From: Spirochaetota bacterium
GTDB taxonomy: Bacteria > Spirochaetota > UBA4802 > UBA5550
Direction: 5' to 3'
Assembly: GCA_963663865.1 (NCBI GenBank)
Contig: OY760686.1
Location: 2,496,001 to 2,560,000 of the forward strand
DNA: 64,000 nt
Shown here piece after piece: positions 1 through 9,081 of the stretch. A program made the position numbers and the translations under genes. Numbering within the stretch: the stretch's first letter is position 1; every line of letters starts with the position of its first letter. Below the pieces are notes generated by a model. The model saw only the letters and a program-made list of their open reading frames with translations, searched no databases and had not been told where the DNA came from.

Positions 1-153
1 GGCGAGAACACATGGGGGATCCATAACACCATGCTGACTGACCGATTTCACCAGCTCTTCCGAAATGTTATTTCTGCTAATTTTGAAATATTTTTCTTCA
101 GTGCTTATATGTGTGACAGGAATAGTGAAAATATCTTTCTTAATGCATTTCAT
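1..153 (-). CDS. ParB/Sulfiredoxin N-terminal-domain protein, 5' part only (runs off the window edge; not in ORF track)
   Basis: Manual translation from ATG at 153: MKCIKKDIFTIPVTHISTEEKYFKISRNNISEELVKSVSQHGVMDPPCVLA. EELVKSVSQHGVMDP fits the ParBc 'eL..Si...G...P' motif; starts 34 bp after the stop of the TPR gene. Confidence 0.6.
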   Translation of the reverse strand, partial: MKCIKKDIFTIPVTHISTEEKYFKISRNNISEELVKSVSQHGVMDPPCVLA

Positions 154-187
154 TTACGAAACTCTCAAACACGGTTTAGTTCCAAAG

Positions 188-1765
188 CTATAGAAGTCCC
201 TGGAGCAGATTACCGAACTGTTCAGGGTAAATCACCCTTACGTTTTTCAGCCTCTGCAGCGAGCTCTCAGCAGTCGGGGTCAGCATACCGCTTGTAATAA
301 AATATCCTTCTTTTGCCTTAATGTCATTGATGGCCTGCGCAAAATTTCGCAGAGGGATCTCTCCTATGCTCAGGCCTTTCCATCGTCTGACCCAAACGAG
401 AGCGGTATTTTTACCGTCGGATGACCTGGCAAGGAAATCCACACCATCTGATTCTTTATAGGTTGGAAGAATATCATCCACGGTGTAACCAAGTTTTTGA
501 ACCACCCTTCCCGCAATTATCCGGAAATTCTCTGTATCGAGCTCATAGAGACGCTCAATAACATCATCCCCCGGCATCACAGCATCCGCCTGTCTGGACT
601 GGCCAGATGTCTTTTGTTCTGACTGTTTACCGCGTCCAATAATTCCTCTGAGATCTATCTTCTCTGCAGATTTTAATCCGCAGATATCCCAGATAAAATC
701 CTCGGGGAACGTTTCTCTGATCCACTCTTCGCTATAGGCAACAAAAGCACCCGCCCCGCTGTCTTTTTTAAGCCTTCCATCAGCTTCCATCTCTTTTCGT
801 AAAAGCGTTGTAAGAATCTGTATTTTTTTATAGGATCTGTTCCTTTGATACAGTTGGTTCCAGTATTCATAGGCCATTTCAGTCTTCTCTGCTGCAATAG
901 CTATGAATCCTATATCGTAAAGGTACATCTCAATATCTTCAGATATGCCGGCTTTTACAGCGTCATTCAGAAGCTCCTCGTAAATAGACATGGCCTCGGC
1001 AGCTCTGTTCCACTGAAAGAGTATTATTCCCAACAAGCGCTTCCCGATTAGAGCGGCATTTATATCGCCGGAACCGTCAGCAACCTTTCTGGCATAGCTT
1101 GACGCGTTTGAAAAATCCCTTTTTTTATTTAAGGCAAAAGCCGCAGAAATGTTCGCTATCTCGGAAGACGAATTAATGGAGGCAGCCTCTCTGAAATACT
1201 CAATTGATTCAAGAAGCTTCTGATTCATAAAGGACGTTATTCCAGCACCAAACAGGACTTCAAACGACCTGCTCTTTGAAGCCTTGAGAAGTTTTTCAAA
1301 GTATTTAATCGAAAACTCAAACATCTCCTGTCCGAGAGATATAAAGGCTATGTGATAAAGCGCCTCTTCATCTGCCGGAAACGCTCTTGATATTTCAAAG
1401 AATGCCTGGAATGCCCTGTCAAGCTGCTCTCTTGAAACATATGCGCGTCCGAGCTTGCGCATAACATCATACCTGTCAACTTCGTGGCTGAACTTGCCTG
1501 AATTAAGAACCTGCTCATAGTGAATTACACCCTGATCAACTTCATTCTTGCGAAAATAGAGGTTTCCGAGGCGATAATTTACAACGGGATTAAGCGGATC
1601 ATTATCGAGAAGTTTTCGATACTCTTCAATCGCGTCTTCAATGCGGTTTTGACTGAGATACTCCTCAGCCCTGTTAGCAGGATTAAGTCTTGGAGCAATC
1701 AGGTAAACATAAGATACCACGACTCCAAGAATTAGCACTAAAGCTATTAATACCGGAATTACCAT
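188..1765 (-). CDS. Membrane-anchored TPR protein with C-terminal Mrr-like (type IV restriction endonuclease fold) domain
   Basis: N-terminal hydrophobic helix and multiple TPR repeats. C-terminus FRIIAGRVVQKLGY...SDGVDFLA...ALVWVRRW...GYFITSG matches the Mrr_cat layout but lacks QxK. Confidence 0.8.
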   Translation of the reverse strand: MVIPVLIALVLILGVVVSYVYLIAPRLNPANRAEEYLSQNRIEDAIEEYRKLLDNDPLNPVVNYRLGNLYFRKNEVDQGVIHYEQVLNSGKFSHEVDRYDVMRKLGRAYVSREQLDRAFQAFFEISRAFPADEEALYHIAFISLGQEMFEFSIKYFEKLLKASKSRSFEVLFGAGITSFMNQKLLESIEYFREAASINSSSEIANISAAFALNKKRDFSNASSYARKVADGSGDINAALIGKRLLGIILFQWNRAAEAMSIYEELLNDAVKAGISEDIEMYLYDIGFIAIAAEKTEMAYEYWNQLYQRNRSYKKIQILTTLLRKEMEADGRLKKDSGAGAFVAYSEEWIRETFPEDFIWDICGLKSAEKIDLRGIIGRGKQSEQKTSGQSRQADAVMPGDDVIERLYELDTENFRIIAGRVVQKLGYTVDDILPTYKESDGVDFLARSSDGKNTALVWVRRWKGLSIGEIPLRNFAQAINDIKAKEGYFITSGMLTPTAESSLQRLKNVRVIYPEQFGNLLQGLL

Positions 1766-1821
1766 ATTGATTACAGCTATCTGACTCCATCATGTAAGTA
1801 TTTTTGACTATACACGTAACA

Positions 1822-1849
1822 ATATCGGCATTTCGTCCGGTTTAAATTA
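1822..1849 (-). promoter_or_regulatory. Putative sigma-28 (FliA/SigD-type) promoter
   Basis: Minus strand TAAT-N16-GCCGATAT, 56 bp upstream of the ATG at 1765. The -10 is an exact match to the SigD consensus; the -35 has one mismatch to TAAA. Confidence 0.45.
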
Positions 1850-1863
1850 TGAAAAGCGGGGAT

Positions 1864-3960
1864 TTATCTACGCTTTAAGAAGCGCACCACAGAAGGCCAG
1901 CCATTTATAGTATACGAATTAGAGCTTTCTTTCTTGAGGATATAATCGTCCCCTTCAACGATTGCGGTTTTGAAGGGAAGATTGATCTGAATATCAGGCG
2001 GTATGAAGCGCGGAGGGCTTGAAAAGTGTAACTGAATCTCATTTGATGTTGTTACAATTCTGAAACCGATCTCACCGAACCTTGATGGCGCATTGTCAAC
2101 CCTGAGTTCGTTTCCGGTTTTAAACCATGCCTCATCCGGTTCAGGGAATATTTCAAGTTGATCGCTGGTATCAGAGAAGAGAAGGTTTCTTGTCAGTATG
2201 AACATCATTGCAGAAATGACCTTATCCGCACCGTCCCCCCATACTCCTTTCATGCTGACTGGATTCACATAATCAGGGAAGGTAAACCCGGTCCCGGCAA
2301 TCGCCATCATTTCCTTCAGAGGCCCGGCAATTTTCTTCTTAACAGATAAAAAGCTGTTTAGAATTATTGCCGTTGAGAATACATCAACTCCCAGCGCCTG
2401 CAGCCTCACCGGTACTCTGTCAAATGCCGACAGCACATTCTTTATTAGCGTTTTTTGTTCTTCCACAGAAAGAACATTGCAGGTATATGGATATACGAGC
2501 ATCAGCGCCGGGATGTACATGCCGGTTGCTCCATGCTTTGTTGAATAATCAGCAGCTGAGAGCATGCTGGAGATTATTTTCTCAAGGCGAACAGCTTCCT
2601 TCGAGAACTCCTTCTCCTCGCCGAAAAGACCGCCGCATCTGGCCATATACGCTATATGCTTCACCGCGCACAGAACAGAGGCTGCTTCCTGTATGGTAAA
2701 AAAGCCATCAGCTACTTCACCTGGCAGAAAAAAACCAGGGCTGCCTTCCCTCAGATACTGCTTTGAATACCTCAAAAGCTGTCTGCTTTCTCCTGATATC
2801 AGGCGATACATATTTGAATCGCGGCGATAAATAAAATATTCGCTGCAAGCGGATACAAGATGTGAATAATCTATTATATCTTTTTTTGCCGCCTTTTTTT
2901 TAGGAAGTTGACTTCCTGCAGCAGTGTCACGGATGAGCCTCTCTGCCTCCTCAAAATAACCTGCTCTGACCATCGCGTGTATTACAGTATAGAATCCGAA
3001 GCTGTATTCTTTTAAGGAGTCAACAGCATCAACGGGTAGAAATTCCAGAAGAGACGACTTCATTGCGAGTAAAAATTCCTCCAGTCTGGCATCAGGCAGC
3101 TTGCAGCTGATACCAGACTGAGTTCTGGCTGATGAATAGAGCCGGAATTTATCCATTTCACCGTCCGTATCGGAAAATGAAGCTGACAGTGAGATTCCCT
3201 TTACCAGAGGGGCCCGCATCAATAATTCGTTTTGACCTTTTTTCAGTTTAAACAATGCCGTCGCCGACGCAAGTCCATATGGACATTCACATCTAACACT
3301 GTCAGACTCCTGAGACAGATCTATATCGCCCGTCTCGGCAGTCCCAAAAAAAACAGAATGCGGTCTATCAGAAAATTTAAGCGCCGCAATTCCATCCGCG
3401 CTTAGAGTCGAAGCTCCATCATCGCAGCCTGCCGAATTCAATGTTCCCAGAATTTCGTTGTTATAGGGACGCAGTGATACGGCCAGGTAGTGAGATGAGT
3501 CTGAAACTTTTACAGCGGCCGAAATCAGAGCCATGTCCTGGTAATAACCGGAACCGGATATCTTAATTACAGCCTCAAATCCTCTTCCGCTCCAGGTGAT
3601 TGTCTGTGTCAGCGTTTCTGCATCTTTAACAACTGAGACACTGTCTGTTTTAAACTGAGGACGGCGGACTGTCTTCCCGTCGTACAACCATAATTCAACA
3701 GACCATTTTGAGAAGGAAGGCGTAATCATGCCAGACGGATCAACGCGCAATTCTCCAGATGAAATAAAATTGGAGAAAACAGACCACTGTCGCTGTGAGG
3801 TGTTCAGTAATACTGGAGGGTAAATCTCTGTTTCCGAGCTTGAATCGGAATCAGATTGAGCGTAAACCCAGGAGGGCCAGTAACGTTGAGGATATTTTAT
3901 AAATATGTCAAAATTACCGACTCCCGTCGAAATCAACTCATCTCTATTAATAGGTCTCAA
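1864..3960 (-). CDS. Six-hairpin glycoside hydrolase-like protein (family unclear, possibly inactive)
   Basis: 698 aa; N-terminal beta-rich region, helical core, and C-terminal 'WGDG...RNLL...WF...LRVDNAPSRFGEIGF' typical of (alpha/alpha)6 GH-like proteins; TTG start. Confidence 0.55.
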   Translation of the reverse strand: MRPINRDELISTGVGNFDIFIKYPQRYWPSWVYAQSDSDSSSETEIYPPVLLNTSQRQWSVFSNFISSGELRVDPSGMITPSFSKWSVELWLYDGKTVRRPQFKTDSVSVVKDAETLTQTITWSGRGFEAVIKISGSGYYQDMALISAAVKVSDSSHYLAVSLRPYNNEILGTLNSAGCDDGASTLSADGIAALKFSDRPHSVFFGTAETGDIDLSQESDSVRCECPYGLASATALFKLKKGQNELLMRAPLVKGISLSASFSDTDGEMDKFRLYSSARTQSGISCKLPDARLEEFLLAMKSSLLEFLPVDAVDSLKEYSFGFYTVIHAMVRAGYFEEAERLIRDTAAGSQLPKKKAAKKDIIDYSHLVSACSEYFIYRRDSNMYRLISGESRQLLRYSKQYLREGSPGFFLPGEVADGFFTIQEAASVLCAVKHIAYMARCGGLFGEEKEFSKEAVRLEKIISSMLSAADYSTKHGATGMYIPALMLVYPYTCNVLSVEEQKTLIKNVLSAFDRVPVRLQALGVDVFSTAIILNSFLSVKKKIAGPLKEMMAIAGTGFTFPDYVNPVSMKGVWGDGADKVISAMMFILTRNLLFSDTSDQLEIFPEPDEAWFKTGNELRVDNAPSRFGEIGFRIVTTSNEIQLHFSSPPRFIPPDIQINLPFKTAIVEGDDYILKKESSNSYTINGWPSVVRFLKRR

Positions 3961-4036
3961 TATTCCAATCTCATGGTAATTTAGTATTTTACGAGTTCCG
4001 GCATAAAAAAAGGCAGCTTAAGACAACACTGTATTA

Positions 4037-4396
4037 TCAGTCCTCCAGATTAAAACTCCGCAGGGCTTCGTCTTCGGTTTCGTAGATATCAAACATATCC
4101 ATAAGCTCTACAACCTCAAAAATCTTCTTAACGGCGTTATTCATATTACTCAGTTTAAGCTTTCTTCTTGATTCCTTCAACACTCTCATTGTCGACACAA
4201 ATATCCTCAGCCCGGAACTGCTCATGTATTCGACATCCTTAAGATTGAGGAGAAGATGGCAGGTCTTGTTGTCGCGGATAATATTGTTCAATTCAGCTTC
4301 AATATCCGCGGATAGATGGACGTCCAGTCTCCCCTTAAGGGATATAACAGCAACGTTATCTTCCATTTTCATGTCCAGCTGCATGTTCATCTCCAT
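4037..4396 (-). CDS. STAS-domain anti-sigma factor antagonist (SpoIIAA/RsbV family)
   Basis: LKGRLD...LNLKDVEYMSSSGLR with the phosphorylatable Ser motif. Confidence 0.92.
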   Translation of the reverse strand: MEMNMQLDMKMEDNVAVISLKGRLDVHLSADIEAELNNIIRDNKTCHLLLNLKDVEYMSSSGLRIFVSTMRVLKESRRKLKLSNMNNAVKKIFEVVELMDMFDIYETEDEALRSFNLED

Positions 4397-4431
4397 TTTT
4401 TATAATCAGAAAAATTTCATATCAACGTGTT

Positions 4432-4460
4432 AATGTACGATCCCTGACACAAATAATCAA
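4432..4460 (-). promoter_or_regulatory. Putative sigma-70 promoter for the STAS gene
   Basis: Minus strand TTGATT-N17-TACATT upstream of 4396. Confidence 0.4.
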
Positions 4461-4475
4461 CAAAAAAACAAAAGC

Positions 4476-4976
4476 CTATTCCACACCATCACGGGCATTT
4501 TTCCTGGTAAGCAGCAAACCAGCGGATGTTGCAATTGTAATAAACAGAAACACGGAAGCCGCAATAACAATTAATACTGATCCCCCCAGATGAGCATTGC
4601 CCCCGACAATTGCCCTGTCAAGATGATATTTCAACACCAGCAATACAGCATTTTTGACCAGCACAACTGATGCCATCATGGGGAAAAGCAGTCCGATGTA
4701 ATAGATCATCCCTCTGTATCTAAGCGGGTCGAAAAGAGGAAGAATCATAGCACAGCCGGCAGCAAAAAGAAGCGCGGAAAAGGCTCTAAAAAAGTAATAC
4801 ATCGGCCCGACCAGTTCGTGATCCTTAACCAGATCAAACCAGTTTTCTGATATATTCATCGCGAATGCCTGTATCGCTCCAATTGGATGTATATAGAATA
4901 TCAATCCGGCTGATATATACACCAATCCTGTGAAAAGAATAATAAACTGCAAAATATTCGTTCGTTTTGACCTCAT
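4476..4976 (-). CDS. Hypothetical integral membrane protein (about 4 TM helices)
   Basis: Four hydrophobic segments; start moved to the ATG at 4976 (MRSKRTN) after a GAGGG RBS-like motif. Confidence 0.7.
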   Translation of the reverse strand: MRSKRTNILQFIILFTGLVYISAGLIFYIHPIGAIQAFAMNISENWFDLVKDHELVGPMYYFFRAFSALLFAAGCAMILPLFDPLRYRGMIYYIGLLFPMMASVVLVKNAVLLVLKYHLDRAIVGGNAHLGGSVLIVIAASVFLFITIATSAGLLLTRKNARDGVE

Positions 4977-5066
4977 TCTCGATACACCCTCATAAAGAAT
5001 CAACAATTTCAGCACAATGTGCTTTTCAATAAATATCAGGCAAACTTTACAGAAGCTCCTCTTTTT

Positions 5067-6875
5067 TCAACAGATTTTCTGCAATATTTCAGTGGTCGCC
5101 TTTTCAGCGTTTATGATCATTTTTTCAGGATTATAAGCCTCGTTAACAGGGTTGATTTCAAAGCACCTCTCGGCAAGGCAGCTGCTGCTGTCCCGCATGC
5201 GGCGGGAAGTCCCGTCCGAAACGTGATCGAGATAAAACCTGAGCACTCCCATTCCGCCTGTATTAACCTCCAGTGAATCATTCAAGGAAACAAAATCTAC
5301 CCTGTCTACATCAGCCCTGAAAGCATCAGCTACGGTTACACCCCGTTCCGGATAAGAAGCCCGCCACAACCCGCCAGCCAGTTCCACAGGTTCAAAAAGC
5401 CCTGACAGCTGAAATGATGAAGCCATCAGCGTTGCAATTGATCCCGTGCTGAAAAGCCTGTCTTCTCCGCTTATAGACGACAACTTTACGACCGGCAGAG
5501 TTTTAAACATCTCGGCCCTCATCCGTCCCGCCGCTCCTGAAGATGCAGACGCTATACCAGAACTTCGAAAGACAAACCTGTCGGGAAAAACAATATCTAT
5601 ATATGAGGCAAGTTTCGCTTCAGAAAAAAAGCTGATTGCCGCTTTGTAGAAGCTCTCTCTGCCGGAAGACACAAGGAACAGCGAGACAAGAATGGACGAA
5701 AACGCTGATGAGTATATTTTATCATACGAAAGCCTCCCTTCGTATAACTCTGCAATGAAAGGGACATAGTAAAGAGATGAGAGTACTTCAGGCTGAATAA
5801 CCAGAGCTCTCTTCTCAGATGAAACTGCAGAAGCAAAAGCGCTGCATGCTCCCTCACCCCTCATTGCTGAAAATGCATCTTTCCCCGATTTTGAATAATC
5901 TTCGAGAAATAGATATCCGGCAGTGTCATTCCCGGGTTTAGCGTTAAACATGTTTAAAATATGATATATCCTCTGCCCACTGTTTATGGCACGGTCAAAC
6001 AACAAATCGTATGAAGAAAAGTCCCGCGTCCGCTGTCCGACCGCAAAGACATAATCTGAAACAGAGAGGGCCCTGTCCCTCAGTTCCGGATCATCATCTG
6101 AAAGATCCATCACAATATAGCTGTATTCAAATCCAAGCCTGAACAGCACCGGAGAAAGGATTGAACTGTCAACAGCGACCTTTGAAAAATGCGAAACATT
6201 TAAAAGGCTGAAAGTATCATTCACCCTTTGAATTCTTTCAGCTATGGAGTATTCTGATGTTACAGAATCGTCGCGCCTCTCGGAAATTGGCGGAGTCAAC
6301 CTCAGACCGAGATATTCAAAAGCGGACTTCCCCGTCGAACTCGCATCTAGAAGTACCGTGTTGCCGGTCTCTGAAAGCTTTTCCGCCACAAGCGTCGCAA
6401 TCAACGTTTTACCTTTTACACTGCTATTACCGTAGACAGAGATTACCCTTGTAGTGCTGCCTGGTATGTAGCCGGGAAGCCCGTCAACCTTAAACCCGGT
6501 TCTTTCAAGTATTCGAATATAGCCCCTGTATGCTTTGAAATTAAATAGAAAGAAGCGGCGGATATCATCCTCGCTTAAAACAAATACAATAGAATCACAC
6601 AGAGCCCTGACGCGACCGCTCTGCGTCCTTGAGGCAAATGGGAGCCGTCCAAAATACGATCCGGCGTTCATGTAAACTGCTTCAGAGGGTATAACTCCGC
6701 CGGCTGAAAGGAGACCGCTTACAACAACGCAGAGCGATGTGTCTTTTTCCGCGGTCATTTCAGAGTTGCCTTTCAGATTCAGCGTCTTTCCGCAGCTCGC
6801 AAGCTGAATAATTTCATCTGAAGTCAGATGGCCGAAAAAGTGAAGACTGCGCAGTATTTTAAAGAGATTTCTCAT
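5067..6875 (-). CDS. cNMP-binding + ParA/MinD-like P-loop + patatin-like fusion protein (degenerate motifs)
   Basis: LHFFGHL...VVVSG...GSYFG (cNMP fold); VISVYGNSSVKGKT...LLDAS...YIVMD (ParA-like); ALVI...SSAFS...ASSFQLSGLFEPV (patatin layout). Confidence 0.7.
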   Translation of the reverse strand: MRNLFKILRSLHFFGHLTSDEIIQLASCGKTLNLKGNSEMTAEKDTSLCVVVSGLLSAGGVIPSEAVYMNAGSYFGRLPFASRTQSGRVRALCDSIVFVLSEDDIRRFFLFNFKAYRGYIRILERTGFKVDGLPGYIPGSTTRVISVYGNSSVKGKTLIATLVAEKLSETGNTVLLDASSTGKSAFEYLGLRLTPPISERRDDSVTSEYSIAERIQRVNDTFSLLNVSHFSKVAVDSSILSPVLFRLGFEYSYIVMDLSDDDPELRDRALSVSDYVFAVGQRTRDFSSYDLLFDRAINSGQRIYHILNMFNAKPGNDTAGYLFLEDYSKSGKDAFSAMRGEGACSAFASAVSSEKRALVIQPEVLSSLYYVPFIAELYEGRLSYDKIYSSAFSSILVSLFLVSSGRESFYKAAISFFSEAKLASYIDIVFPDRFVFRSSGIASASSGAAGRMRAEMFKTLPVVKLSSISGEDRLFSTGSIATLMASSFQLSGLFEPVELAGGLWRASYPERGVTVADAFRADVDRVDFVSLNDSLEVNTGGMGVLRFYLDHVSDGTSRRMRDSSSCLAERCFEINPVNEAYNPEKMIINAEKATTEILQKIC

Positions 6876-6888
6876 ATCAGCTGAAAGC

Positions 6889-8241
6889 TCAAATCTTTTT
6901 CAGCAGTTCAATCAGCTCAGTCTTGCCAAGTGTCTCTATCGGGCGTGTGTTGGCAAAATCGAGGGCTTTTGTTGAATAATCGCCGGTCGTAATGACCATT
7001 ATCCTTGTGACGTTTCTCGGCTTCATTCCCTCATACAAACGGCGGAGAATAGATTCCTGTATAGAGTCGGTTGTTCTGATTACACGGATAAGCCGGTTTG
7101 ACTGTCTCGCATTTCTCCATTTACCTTCAATCTCAGTTGCCACCATCTCTATGTCAGTGTCGCTTATAATGTCAACATCAGTAATCGTAAACCCCATTCC
7201 GTTGACAATCTTTCTGCAAAGATGCTCAAATTGAGACAGACCTGCAATCATAAAGTCCTTTATTCTGTCGTCCTGCCTGAACTCGGAGAACTGTCTGAGC
7301 TTATCCGGGACATCCCGGAAGTTCTTATTGACCTCAGCGATGAGCTCCCAGTTCCTGATTGCTGAGTGGACATCCCTCATCTTTTCCTGACTTTCCGCGA
7401 GGTAGTACCTGAGATTCAGAGCGGTCTCACTGCCGCTTCGAGCGAACTTGAGCCCCTTCTCAAATTCCATTGCAGCTTTGGGATACTGGCTTCTCTCAAG
7501 AAAGCATGAACCCTTTGCCAGGAAGCACTTAACTTTAAGCTCGTCGCTTTTTTGTGCAAAATCGAATTCCTTGATAGCCCATTCATAGTCACCCTGCTGC
7601 CTGAGAACAAGCCCCAGAAAGTAATGGGCCTTGTAGTTATTCTGATCCAGCTTGATAACGTTGAGGAACATCTGCTTCGCGTCACCGAAATTATTTGTTT
7701 TGTAAAAAATCTGTCCAAGATGATAATATGACATATCATGCTTCTGATTATTTGAGACGCTCTTTTTGAAAAAACCTGTGGCCTTATCATACTGGTTCAG
7801 GTTGTAGAAAATTGTTCCGAGTTCAAAAAAATTCTCGTAATTTGCGGGATCAATCTTGGTTAGAATGAGATATTCTTTCTTTGCATCCTCCATGGCATTA
7901 CGGTTTTTCAAAAGCGCCGCCAGCTTTGTTCTTACATAAACCTCACTGACCTTGTCATCGAAGCGGCCGAGCTTCAAAACCTGTCTGTATTCAACAATAG
8001 CAAATTGGAAATTTGACTCTTTTCTGTACGCCTCAGCAAGAAGAAAATGCGCGTAGGCGTTACGCTCATCCTTGACAATCATCTCTCCGAGTTTCTTTAT
8101 AGCCAGCCGGGTCTGCCCATTATCTATCATTCTCGCTATTTCATTGATCTTTTTCGGGAGAAACACAGTGTAAATGATATAGAACACGATGAGTCCGAGA
8201 ATTATGAAGAAAATAAATATTATTGCATAGGTTAATATCAT
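6889..8241 (-). CDS. Membrane-anchored TPR protein with C-terminal Mrr-like domain (paralog of 188..1765)
   Basis: N-terminal TM and clear TPRs (AHYFLGLVLRQQGDYEWAIKEF). C-terminus FEHLCRKIVNGMGF...MVITTGDYSTKALDFA has the Mrr_cat fold pattern. Confidence 0.82.
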   Translation of the reverse strand: MILTYAIIFIFFIILGLIVFYIIYTVFLPKKINEIARMIDNGQTRLAIKKLGEMIVKDERNAYAHFLLAEAYRKESNFQFAIVEYRQVLKLGRFDDKVSEVYVRTKLAALLKNRNAMEDAKKEYLILTKIDPANYENFFELGTIFYNLNQYDKATGFFKKSVSNNQKHDMSYYHLGQIFYKTNNFGDAKQMFLNVIKLDQNNYKAHYFLGLVLRQQGDYEWAIKEFDFAQKSDELKVKCFLAKGSCFLERSQYPKAAMEFEKGLKFARSGSETALNLRYYLAESQEKMRDVHSAIRNWELIAEVNKNFRDVPDKLRQFSEFRQDDRIKDFMIAGLSQFEHLCRKIVNGMGFTITDVDIISDTDIEMVATEIEGKWRNARQSNRLIRVIRTTDSIQESILRRLYEGMKPRNVTRIMVITTGDYSTKALDFANTRPIETLGKTELIELLKKI

Positions 8242-8439
8242 CTTGAAGAATCCTTTTCAGATTTTTAAACCAGGCCCGGAAGACATGGACCTTCGGACAG
8301 ACACTAAGTTGCAGTATAGCCCATGTCCTGTCAATATATCAATTATTTTTCATCAAATAATCAATATGGCTCCTCTTTCTTGAAATTGACATATCTTCTT
8401 TCAGAAGAGCCGAATTGAACGTAAAAAATCAAAATTGTA

Positions 8440-8467
8440 TTGACAAAAACAGGGGCTATTTTAAAAA
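8440..8467 (+). promoter_or_regulatory. Putative sigma-70 promoter of tRNA-Ala
   Basis: TTGACA at 8440, AT-rich -10 (TAAAAA) 16 bp later, just upstream of the tRNA. Confidence 0.45.
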
Positions 8468-8484
8468 ATAAGCATTGCAACAAA

Positions 8485-8557
<73 letters not shown>

Positions 8558-8568
8558 CAGATTCCCCG

Positions 8569-9060
8569 TTATTCTTTCGGTTTTTCAAACTCATTCCCGT
8601 GTATCGTAACAAGCTTTTCTATGTAATATGATTTTTTCCCTGCAGGTATTACAGCCTCAACTTCTTCGCCGGCCTGACGATTCTGCAACGACATACCAAT
8701 CGGCGACGAAAGCGAAATTTTCCCTTCTGATGGATTTATCTCATTCGAGGAAACAAACATAAATACGACCCTCTCCTCTTCTGATATATCATAGAGCGTA
8801 ACCGTTGACCCGTATCCAATTCTGTCGGTCGGCAACGATGACACGTCAATATCATTAAGCTGGGCAAGCTGTTCGGAGAGCTGGCCTATCCTTGCCTGGA
8901 CAAAGGACTGCCTTTCACGCGCGGCATGATATTCAGCGTTTTCCTTCAAGTCGCCGTAGGCTCTTGCCTCTGAAATCACCCTTGGAAGCTCAACCTTAAA
9001 CTCATATTTTAACTGATCAAGTTCGGCTTTAATCTGTTTTTTTTTCTCTTCAATATCCAT
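8569..9060 (-). CDS. greA: Transcription elongation factor GreA
   Basis: ARAYGDLKENAEYHAARERQ and ISLSSPIG motifs. Confidence 0.95.
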   Translation of the reverse strand: MDIEEKKKQIKAELDQLKYEFKVELPRVISEARAYGDLKENAEYHAARERQSFVQARIGQLSEQLAQLNDIDVSSLPTDRIGYGSTVTLYDISEEERVVFMFVSSNEINPSEGKISLSSPIGMSLQNRQAGEEVEAVIPAGKKSYYIEKLVTIHGNEFEKPKE

Positions 9061-9081
9061 ACATAACTCCCTGGTTTCTGT

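Noticed and set aside
188-8241. Active anti-phage defence island (Mrr nucleases plus patatin, CBASS-like)
   Set aside because: No cyclase, methyltransferase or mobile context, and catalytic motifs are eroded; reported instead as a pseudoenzyme cluster.
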